From a virus: a DNA stretch of 64,000 bases. Shown one piece after another: positions 29,401 to 37,346 of this stretch (positions are counted from its first letter, which is position 1; every line of letters starts with the position of its first letter). The stretch covers positions 1 through 64,000 of IMG/VR virus record IMGVR_UViG_3300033064_003894, one strand, 5' to 3'. The notes under the pieces were generated by a model that had not been told where the DNA came from, did no database searches, and saw only the letters and a program-made list of their open reading frames with translations. A program made the position numbers and the translations under genes.

Positions 29401-29478
29401 TGGCCTGGCTGGGAGGACTCGAACCTCCGACCGTCGGATTAGAAATCCGATGCTCATTTCCAACTGAGCTACAGCCAG
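29401..29478 (-). tRNA. tRNA-Arg (anticodon UCU), CCA encoded
   Basis: CTGGCTG/CAGCCAG acceptor, GCTC/GAGC D-stem, TCGGA-TTTCTAA-TCCGA anticodon arm, GGAGG-TTCGAGT-CCTCC T-arm, G-CCA. Confidence 0.95.
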
Positions 29479-29485
29479 GTATGTG

Positions 29486-29671
29486 TCATTCTGAGTTTTT
29501 CGTAAGACGACTAATGAGATCTTCTTGCTTATCTATAACTTCACGGTATTCCAAAAGCGCCTCACGAATCTTTCTAGCATACGAAGCTCGCGCCTGTGTC
29601 CTTGTTCTTGTCACGACATGTTTTAGAGAGTATTCGCATTCTAGCCAAAGCAGCGTTAACCTTTTATTCAT
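29486..29671 (-). CDS. small hypothetical protein
   Basis: ATG 29671 overlaps end of the phosphatase gene. Confidence 0.45.
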   Translation of the reverse strand: MNKRLTLLWLECEYSLKHVVTRTRTQARASYARKIREALLEYREVIDKQEDLISRLTKNSE

Positions 29672-30125
29672 TGAACGCGTCCAACACACTCCTGTACACC
29701 CTTCGATTTGGCATGTATTTTTTGCTATTAAAAATTGCCGAATCGTCTCCAGTTTTCCTTTTAAGTATTGCAGCAACTACGCCTGGAGATCTTGAAAGCC
29801 CAGCGTCGCAGTGAACAAATAGATATCCGCGTATCCCTCCTATATAGCCCACTATCACTCTAGCCTGGTTTATTGTTATTGCTATTTCAGTGTCGGCGTC
29901 TGAGTCTACATCATCAAATCTAACCATTAGCGAGCTCTCAGTTCCTATAGGGACAAAAGGCTCTTTTTGGTATCCGTTACCGTATATTGAGAGAGAGTGT
30001 GTTTTGCCTATATAGTCAGGGTAATGCCCAAACCCAAGGTCAAGCTGAAAATTAGTAAACTCATTTTTGCTTCCAAGAACAATCCCTAGAAGTTTTTTTT
30101 CATCTAAAAGATCGAAGAATTCCAT
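29664..30125 (-). CDS. Cys-dependent protein-tyrosine/dual-specificity phosphatase-like protein
   Basis: FVHCDAGLSRS (HCxxGxxRS), acid loop FDD, PN..V. Confidence 0.85.
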   Translation of the reverse strand: MEFFDLLDEKKLLGIVLGSKNEFTNFQLDLGFGHYPDYIGKTHSLSIYGNGYQKEPFVPIGTESSLMVRFDDVDSDADTEIAITINQARVIVGYIGGIRGYLFVHCDAGLSRSPGVVAAILKRKTGDDSAIFNSKKYMPNRRVYRSVLDAFNE

Positions 30126-30334
30126 TATGCCACAATACAGAGTCCCCTATGATCGTCGTACACTACTTCGTACGACATGAATGTAAGTCGCGATGCCATT
30201 AGTTGCGCAGCGTACCTGCCCTTGTCATCTTTAGACGTGATTACCCATTTGTTGTCTGGATATTCAGCTCTAACAAGTTTTTTTATATTATCATCAGCGT
30301 CAACTAGACGCATTACTATAGCGGAATTTTTCAT
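30125..30334 (-). CDS. hypothetical protein
   Basis: TAATG coupling. Confidence 0.55.
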   Translation of the reverse strand: MKNSAIVMRLVDADDNIKKLVRAEYPDNKWVITSKDDKGRYAAQLMASRLTFMSYEVVYDDHRGLCIVA

Positions 30335-30340
30335 TTTTCA

Positions 30341-30676
30341 TTATAACTCTTCTGATACCGACGTTATGGCTGAGTCAACAGAATCAATTATTTGTGAAAT
30401 ATTTGTTAAATTTATATCAAAATCTGACAGAGGCTCAATAATTCCGTAGCTGTTTGAGAAAGATGACACAGTGCTGATTAAGCTATCTATCCTATTTCGG
30501 TAACTATAAGGCAAAGACCACTCATTTCTTCCTATACCAAGAGAATCATGCGCTATATCTTTCAATGTCGTGTGCATCTCATCTATCTCTTGATCATAGA
30601 AGTTTGTTCTATTAATGAGCTCAAGTGCAACCTTAATTATCCTTAAATCTTGCAGTAGCTGCTGTTTCTCTATCAT
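30341..30676 (-). CDS. hypothetical protein
   Basis: ORF in co-directional run. Confidence 0.6.
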   Translation of the reverse strand: MIEKQQLLQDLRIIKVALELINRTNFYDQEIDEMHTTLKDIAHDSLGIGRNEWSLPYSYRNRIDSLISTVSSFSNSYGIIEPLSDFDINLTNISQIIDSVDSAITSVSEEL

Positions 30677-30679
30677 TAC

Positions 30680-30705
30680 AAAAAGGGCCCCACATTATGG
30701 GGCCC
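30680..30705 (-). terminator. intrinsic terminator at end of lysozyme gene
   Basis: GGGCCCCA-loop-TGGGGCCC followed by TTTTT on minus strand. Confidence 0.75.
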
Positions 30706-31186
30706 CCGAATGAGCTGATAAGGCTTTTTCAAACCTGTACCAGTATTCATTCGTAGAGATTTTACGGTTTCCACGAGGTCCACCGTTATGGATCCGAGCG
30801 CAGGTTTCCCAGTCTCGGTTTTCCCATGCATCATAAGCGTACCTTTGCATGTACGCCATGACAACTCTTTCAGCGTATTTCCTGTCACGGCAATCGCTGT
30901 ATCCTCCGATGAACGACTTGTCGTACTCGGTTGCATCAATCCAGTAAACCTCCCAAATCTGGAATGGTCCAATTGCTTTTCCTCCATCGCCATCAGGAGG
31001 CGAGTCCATTCCAGAAGATTCGACAGAGGCTAGAGCGTCAAAGAATTCCTTGTAAGGGTCTTCTTTTTCGTTTACAGACTCTTTCTCAACATCTACGTTC
31101 ACTGGATCTACGTGCTTAACGCCACAAGACATCAGCATCGAAGTGATCCATATGATTGCGATTAACAATTCAGTTTTGTTCCACAT
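30695..31186 (-). CDS. i-type (destabilase-like) lysozyme with lipoprotein-like signal
   Basis: ALASVESS, GDGGKAIGPFQIWEVYWIDA, YMQRY, CARIHNGGPRG; N-terminal hydrophobic helix ending LMSC. Confidence 0.8.
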   Translation of the reverse strand: MWNKTELLIAIIWITSMLMSCGVKHVDPVNVDVEKESVNEKEDPYKEFFDALASVESSGMDSPPDGDGGKAIGPFQIWEVYWIDATEYDKSFIGGYSDCRDRKYAERVVMAYMQRYAYDAWENRDWETCARIHNGGPRGNRKISTNEYWYRFEKALSAHSGAP

Positions 31187-31207
31187 TTGTTTGTCCTCCT
31201 TAATAGT

Positions 31208-31687
31208 TTATACCAACGAAATTACTGAATTTAAGAACTCTTCAGAGGTCTTTTTAAGTAGCTTCTCTCGCACAACACTATTGGCTACATTGAAGCCCAT
31301 TATCGAAAGTCTTGCAAGTCTATGCATTTCTGAGGCATCTATAACATTCACCTTTATAAATCTTATCATTGCCGCCCAATACCTAACTACTTCACAAAGT
31401 AACGTTTCAAAGGAAAGCGCCAGCCTTACAAGACTCTTACACGGAGAGACAGAATTTGTGTTTCTAAATTTAAGGTATTCTGCTCTATTTATAATACGCA
31501 TCATTTTTTTTAGATTCTCCTGTATTGACACAATCCCAAAAAATGACTTGCCAGAAATCTTTTCTGCCTCTCGGCATGCATCTATGGCAACCTGTATTCC
31601 GTTTGCAGAAGCAAACATCTGATCAAGAAGGTCTCTTGATATTAAATTTTTATCTGCAGTCAATCTCGTCTTATGAGAATTACCCAT
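31208..31687 (-). CDS. hypothetical protein
   Basis: GGCATAAA 5 nt before ATG. Confidence 0.6.
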   Translation of the reverse strand: MGNSHKTRLTADKNLISRDLLDQMFASANGIQVAIDACREAEKISGKSFFGIVSIQENLKKMMRIINRAEYLKFRNTNSVSPCKSLVRLALSFETLLCEVVRYWAAMIRFIKVNVIDASEMHRLARLSIMGFNVANSVVREKLLKKTSEEFLNSVISLV

Positions 31688-31711
31688 AAGTGTTTATGCC
31701 GCTTAATTTGA

Positions 31712-34700
31712 CTAATTAAACATCTGAACTTTAAGAAGAACAGTCGTATGTCGCTCAATCCTTATTGATATTCCTTCATCCCATTGCTTTATATCTGAGG
31801 CTGCATAATTAAGGTCATAGAATGATATAGTTTTTGGGTCTCCTATAACGCGAGACTTTCCTCCTAGTCCTATGTATAGATCACATGGGCCATCCATTAA
31901 AGTCTGAATTTCCCAATATTTATCTTGAACGTCAAGAGCTTCGGTTAATCCAAATCCAGATGGAGCATCATCCCAAGACAGACCATATGGATCTAGTCCA
32001 TTCTCTACATTACGCGCTCTGACTATATGTGCAAACCTAGTCAAACCCTCCTCCCTGTCACATGTATCACATGGAGAAACTGCGCCTAGCCACTCAAAGA
32101 ATTCAATTGCCGCGCCCTCATACCTAAATACCATGTAATTGCCCATAAAGTTATTTATGCCCTTATCGGCTACCTGGAAGTTTGGAATGCTATTGTTTAT
32201 TAATATGTACCTTTCCGATCCATCTAAAGATTCCGTTATAAGAATATTGCATGTCCCATAACCCGTCCTGTCTACTGGAACAACCTTGTGCTGCAGGGCT
32301 TCCGCCATCAACAGATAGGCATCCTCTGTAGATTTTCCAAGAAGCTCGTTTGTTCTAAAGAATGTCCCATGAACTTTATTGTTCACTAAAGCAGTGTTCA
32401 TGGCGCTAAAATAAACGCCAGCTCTCTTGTCCGAAACCCACGGACGATCTTTAGCGTCCGGGTTCGCCTGACGTTTGAAGTCAATTGCCCATTCCGAACA
32501 CCAAACAGATGTAGAGGTAATGCCTACTCTTGGAGTTACACCATCCGACTTAAAGGCTTGCACCTTATGAACCCTCTCATGCGGCTTGAACACATCAAAA
32601 GTTACAGGATCAAACCAATAATCGTGTAAGGACTCAAACTCTGGCTGAAAACCAATATTTTCATATGCATCATATACAAATGGAAGCATATGATATAGCT
32701 GATTCCATGAAGACACTTGAAGTCCACCAAACTTAGGTACAGGTATTGTGCTTCCACCCCCTAGCGCGGTCAGCCACAATCCATCTACGTCTGCTGCCTG
32801 TCTTGCATGCACTTCTGCAGATATTGATGCGTACATATAGGCCGAGAATGTTGCATATGATTTCTGCTTGGCCCACTGATCACCGGATGAAGTTATATTT
32901 GTATAAAGCTCTTTGAACTCTATGTCAGGCTCATTCTCTAAGAAGATTCCATAAATTCTTCCAGAGTTTGAAACAGATTCAGTCGTGCACAACTCTTCTA
33001 TAAAGTCAGCCGCCCTAGATACAAACTTGTGTGTGCTATCTCCTTTCGGAAGAGTGGGTAAGTCAAAGTCATGAGGATATGCCCATAATTCATTCTTTGT
33101 TTCCACGTTAAAGCCTCTATACCCGACCATTGCGCTATAGCTAGTTTTTAACGCTTCTGATATTTGATTAAGTGCTAATTGTTGCGGGAAAGCAGGATTC
33201 TTGTATGTCCCAGGGGTTGATCTCCAAAGTGAGGCAGTGTCCGAAGAACTCCACCATGAACATACAAACTTATTAGCCCAATACTGTGTAGACCCAGCTG
33301 TATTGTATTCTCCTATACCTCCCGCTAGCTCATCCCATTTGGCCCTGAAATATTCCGTACCGCCAGTTGCATTCTGTGTACCCCAAATGGCAGTCTCATA
33401 ACTTATTGGATCCCTTGCTCCATCAGGGTCTAATACGTATCCGTCTCCAGGAAATGCTAGAGTTGATGGATATATATATGCACTATGAAATCCTGGATAT
33501 TGCTTACCATCATACTTAGAAGCAGATTCACTAATGTGATATGCATATCTGAAGCTTTCAGGATCTTCTGGAGGTACTTGCTCTTCTATAAATTCCGAAT
33601 TAAGAAGAGAAACGCCGCCATATTTTTCAGGGCACGCTACCTCTACGTGACCAGTTAGTAACCTAATACCTACAGCGTTTGAGTGCCTTGGAAGATATTC
33701 TTCTGAACCTATAGGAGTATAAGACTCAAGTGATGACATGCTGGTCCTGAAAAGCCTTACATATTCATCTATATAGTTAAATATACTAGACCCAACATTC
33801 AGTTTAAGCTCTGATTCTTTCTTATAATACTGCTCGTTGTCTGCAGCGTACTTCTTAAGAGAGAGCATTTCTGCTGCCTGCTCTAGAGAATTATACTCCT
33901 CAATTGTACCGAAATTAGGATCAGATACTTCTCGTATCATTCCGGAATATATCCCTTGACACTTTATTGCACTGCTTAGGCTTGTGCATCTCATTGTGTC
34001 GTCATTCATATTCAAGTGATACATCAAATCTCTTCCGTCTCTGTACTCGCCATCTATTTTGAAAAACGAACGTGCATTAGCGAAAAGGTTAGATCCATCC
34101 AAACTAACGTACTCTCTAGGAACAGTAAAGTTAACCCAGTCCCCAGTAGTATCTGACTTTCTATAGTTATTCCATGCGAATACAGTTGACCATCCGTGAG
34201 TAAAATCATAAATTCCAGATCCGTCGTTGTAGTGGCACGTAAAAGCCAACGCGTTTGGGTTGGTTTCTATTTGGCTCTTTACAAGTGGCCCTAAAAACCC
34301 ATTTAGAAGAATTCTGACTTTCCCATTCACAATAGTGAAAGAGGGACCTGCATCAAGAGTATACGTGTAAGTTACGCCTACCACGTCTGGGTCATATATC
34401 TTAATCTTTCTGTCATTTAGCATAGAGCTGAAATAAGCCTCTGTTTCAGCAAGCGCCCCAGATACATACGGAGAACTGCGTCTGTCGCAATTTACACCAA
34501 ACCCTTGCGGAGACTCAGTCCTAAAATCAGGGTCATTCATATAGTTTGGATCTATAATTAATTCATCTGCACCGCCAATATCTTCTACAGCCTCAATTCT
34601 TCCATTTATTGGGGCCATTATCGCCCAGGTCCCAAGCCCGATATCCCACGCGGTCTGCCTTAAAATATCCGCCGATACTCCAATTGGAGGTCCAGGATAA

Positions 34701-35371
34701 AGGTCTCCGTTAATATATACACCAAGGACTCCGTTAATATTTACAATCTCATCTCCTGTTATTACAGATAAATGGAACTCTGGACTTAGGACAAACGGCC
34801 CATCAGGTAACGGAATGCTTGTTGTAGTAAGATCCGCATTAATCGGGTTTAGAGTTCCAAATATACCAAGCTGCTTATAAAAGTCGTCTATAGGCGGTAT
34901 GGCTGAAGATGTATTAAATCCAGGCAGGTGCGCAGGGCTATATGGTTCATCTAAACCGCCAATCCAAGGAAGACTTGCAGTGTTTCCGTTTATCACTGCT
35001 CTACTTGCGGTGTTATACATATTAGTTAAAAGATTCTGCCCCCTATAAAGAACCCAGCTTCCAGCAATCCACCAAGGATAAACGGAAGAACTTATATTCT
35101 CCAGGTGCGCGGAAAGTATGTTGAGAGAGGCTGTGTTTAGTACGTTATCAGGATCATCGACTAAATTAAGCACATCAATGACTCCATCAAGGTCACTATA
35201 ATGCCTAGCAGTCGCCTCAGCGCATGCAATCTGAAACGACTGTACCCTATTAATAATCTCGTCACGTCTTGCTATGACTGAGTCATAAGAAGAATTAGCT
35301 CCAGAGAGTCGCCCGCCTTCCAGCGGACTCCTCTCTACAAGATAACTAAGAAAGCTATTTGTTGATCCCAT
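31712..35371 (-). CDS. large virion-associated protein with C-terminal GH39/clan GH-A-like hydrolase domain
   Basis: ENEPD (acid/base), KFGG, SLHDYW, VWCSEW (nucleophile). Confidence 0.65.
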   Translation of the reverse strand: MGSTNSFLSYLVERSPLEGGRLSGANSSYDSVIARRDEIINRVQSFQIACAEATARHYSDLDGVIDVLNLVDDPDNVLNTASLNILSAHLENISSSVYPWWIAGSWVLYRGQNLLTNMYNTASRAVINGNTASLPWIGGLDEPYSPAHLPGFNTSSAIPPIDDFYKQLGIFGTLNPINADLTTTSIPLPDGPFVLSPEFHLSVITGDEIVNINGVLGVYINGDLYPGPPIGVSADILRQTAWDIGLGTWAIMAPINGRIEAVEDIGGADELIIDPNYMNDPDFRTESPQGFGVNCDRRSSPYVSGALAETEAYFSSMLNDRKIKIYDPDVVGVTYTYTLDAGPSFTIVNGKVRILLNGFLGPLVKSQIETNPNALAFTCHYNDGSGIYDFTHGWSTVFAWNNYRKSDTTGDWVNFTVPREYVSLDGSNLFANARSFFKIDGEYRDGRDLMYHLNMNDDTMRCTSLSSAIKCQGIYSGMIREVSDPNFGTIEEYNSLEQAAEMLSLKKYAADNEQYYKKESELKLNVGSSIFNYIDEYVRLFRTSMSSLESYTPIGSEEYLPRHSNAVGIRLLTGHVEVACPEKYGGVSLLNSEFIEEQVPPEDPESFRYAYHISESASKYDGKQYPGFHSAYIYPSTLAFPGDGYVLDPDGARDPISYETAIWGTQNATGGTEYFRAKWDELAGGIGEYNTAGSTQYWANKFVCSWWSSSDTASLWRSTPGTYKNPAFPQQLALNQISEALKTSYSAMVGYRGFNVETKNELWAYPHDFDLPTLPKGDSTHKFVSRAADFIEELCTTESVSNSGRIYGIFLENEPDIEFKELYTNITSSGDQWAKQKSYATFSAYMYASISAEVHARQAADVDGLWLTALGGGSTIPVPKFGGLQVSSWNQLYHMLPFVYDAYENIGFQPEFESLHDYWFDPVTFDVFKPHERVHKVQAFKSDGVTPRVGITSTSVWCSEWAIDFKRQANPDAKDRPWVSDKRAGVYFSAMNTALVNNKVHGTFFRTNELLGKSTEDAYLLMAEALQHKVVPVDRTGYGTCNILITESLDGSERYILINNSIPNFQVADKGINNFMGNYMVFRYEGAAIEFFEWLGAVSPCDTCDREEGLTRFAHIVRARNVENGLDPYGLSWDDAPSGFGLTEALDVQDKYWEIQTLMDGPCDLYIGLGGKSRVIGDPKTISFYDLNYAASDIKQWDEGISIRIERHTTVLLKVQMFN

Positions 35372-36182
35372 TGGCTTTATTTTTGTGCTCTATGAACTTA
35401 TCTCTCCATCCGCCTGGAGAGAACCACATCTCTGGCTTGAACTCGTGAACTCCAACATGTCCAGTCCAGATGTCGGCATTAAGTCCAACCTTAAGATTAT
35501 GAGACTTAAGTATCTTACAGAAGGCCAAGTCCTCACCGAGCATCTTGGTATTCATCTCATTTACCTGCATATAGAATAACTTTTTGTTCTCATTTATTTT
35601 TTCCTGTCTAAGCAAATCTAAGTCTATTATTGTACACGCTAATCCTGTATGCATTACTTCGTGAACTCCAGAAGATGGTACGTCTTCAGGAGTAAGAATG
35701 GGTTCTCCTTCATCATCTAGCCTCATTCCTACAGTAGGACTAAACGGCGGGACTCTCTTTATCGCAAGAGCTGAACACATTACAAACCCATGGTCATAGC
35801 AGTTCTTTGCTAGAGTCACAGGCGTGTGTGCAGGGAAAGTCATATCATCGTCTATAAACCACAGCCAGCGCACTCCAGCCCTAAGTGCAGTATCAAGTGT
35901 CTCTTGCCTGGCAACGTGGATAAGGCTCCCTGCGTGGCTGTAAAACGACACCTGGTTGAACTGGGTAAGGAACTGCTGAGACGAGAACAAAGACTTTACC
36001 GTTGCAGTGTAAATGCTAGGTTTCCCGGTTGGTATTGCCACCATAAGAGGCCCTTTGCACTCTTGAGGAAGTATAACTTTCTCAGAAGACTTTTCAGGCA
36101 ATCCTGGCTGGCCCTGCATAGCCATACGTGTAGGCCTGAACGGCTTATTCTTAGGCTTATTCATTTTTATTATGTTTGTCAT
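35355..36182 (-). CDS. GT-A fold glycosyltransferase (GT2-like)
   Basis: VAIPT, AR, WLWFIDDDM (DxD), G.ACTII, GEDLAFC, GH. Confidence 0.85.
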   Translation of the reverse strand: MTNIIKMNKPKNKPFRPTRMAMQGQPGLPEKSSEKVILPQECKGPLMVAIPTGKPSIYTATVKSLFSSQQFLTQFNQVSFYSHAGSLIHVARQETLDTALRAGVRWLWFIDDDMTFPAHTPVTLAKNCYDHGFVMCSALAIKRVPPFSPTVGMRLDDEGEPILTPEDVPSSGVHEVMHTGLACTIIDLDLLRQEKINENKKLFYMQVNEMNTKMLGEDLAFCKILKSHNLKVGLNADIWTGHVGVHEFKPEMWFSPGGWRDKFIEHKNKANGINK

Positions 36183-36745
36183 ACTATGGCTATCTTTAAA
36201 GTGGCACTCATGCCGTTAGACCTAGATTCTACCGTAACGATACTGTTCTTGTCTACATTCTCTGCAAAAAATTCTGTTGAATATGATCCGTTAAAGAAAG
36301 GCATGAAGATTGTTTTAAGCCTCCCCCTTGTGGCAGTTATCCTAACAGTCGGCTGCTTTTTTTTAGAATCCAAATATTTGTACTGAACCCCGTTAACTAG
36401 TGTCTTTATTATGATACCGCACGACATGCCCACTGGCAATGCCGGGATCATATATCGATTCTCTGATGGATCTATTCCATAATATGGAGCGTCTGCAAAA
36501 ATAAATAATCTAGGGTCCTCCAACGGAATTATTTTTCCATTAACAAACTTCCTTCGCGCCGTTCTTGGATCTTCACCCTTGAACGGAGAAATTGAAAATC
36601 CCTGAAAGCTTGTTTTTATAGACTCAAGGTCAACGCTTTTTGCTAGAGGATAAATTGATTCTATTACTTCAAGCGTGTTTGAATTATAAATAACAAGTCC
36701 GTAATCATGGAATACTCTCCTGTCTTCTTGTAGCTTATTCTTCAT
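36179..36745 (-). CDS. hypothetical protein in virion operon
   Basis: ATGA coupling to the GT gene. Confidence 0.65.
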   Translation of the reverse strand: MKNKLQEDRRVFHDYGLVIYNSNTLEVIESIYPLAKSVDLESIKTSFQGFSISPFKGEDPRTARRKFVNGKIIPLEDPRLFIFADAPYYGIDPSENRYMIPALPVGMSCGIIIKTLVNGVQYKYLDSKKKQPTVRITATRGRLKTIFMPFFNGSYSTEFFAENVDKNSIVTVESRSNGMSATLKIAIV

Positions 36746-37346
36746 TATGCTTTAATGCGCTCATTGGTATGGTACCGCATTCATAAAGCCTACTCAAGAA
36801 TATTCCGTATTGGTCCATTTTTCTAAAATTCCAAAAGATGTCTCTTATATGCGTTGTTAGGCACCTATCCATTACGGAATCATAAATTTCCATAAAATCA
36901 GGTATAACAAAATTTCCTTTGTACGGCTCCGCTTGCCTAAACCAGTAAGATATTATAGGAGACTCGTCAGACGATGACCACCCCCAACCTTTAGAAAAAT
37001 ATGCAGTTTGCTCTGTTCCAAAGTCTCCTTTTATTTTTTTTGAATAGAGTTTTGGGAAAGATTTTGTTACGTAATTAAGGATGATCATTTTGCATAATGC
37101 TGGGTGAGAAAGAATGGCACCATCAAGATTATGTATAACCTCCCACATCTTCTCCTCTTTAAAGGTTTCATCTATTGGCTCTACTAAAACATTAGCTCCT
37201 AGATTGAATGCCACCAGATTTATCCAAAAGACGTCTGCAGCTACATCAGTAACGAAGACTCGCCCTCCGAATGAGAGGCTGTTGCTATTAGTCAATTGGG
37301 GCAAATTCTTCATCAATTCTGTACCAGTTTTCATCATTATCTCCAC
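36735..37346 (-). CDS. hypothetical protein in virion operon
   Basis: Overlapping neighbours. Confidence 0.6.
   Translation of the reverse strand: MEIMMKTGTELMKNLPQLTNSNSLSFGGRVFVTDVAADVFWINLVAFNLGANVLVEPIDETFKEEKMWEVIHNLDGAILSHPALCKMIILNYVTKSFPKLYSKKIKGDFGTEQTAYFSKGWGWSSSDESPIISYWFRQAEPYKGNFVIPDFMEIYDSVMDRCLTTHIRDIFWNFRKMDQYGIFLSRLYECGTIPMSALKHNEE

Noticed and set aside
29401-29478. tRNA as prophage attachment site
   Set aside because: No duplicated tRNA 3' end or integrase seen; phage-like genes continue on both sides
29389-29795. ORFs 29161..29463 (extension) and 29400..29795 crossing the tRNA
   Set aside because: They overlap a canonical tRNA; the HTH start fits ATG 29388
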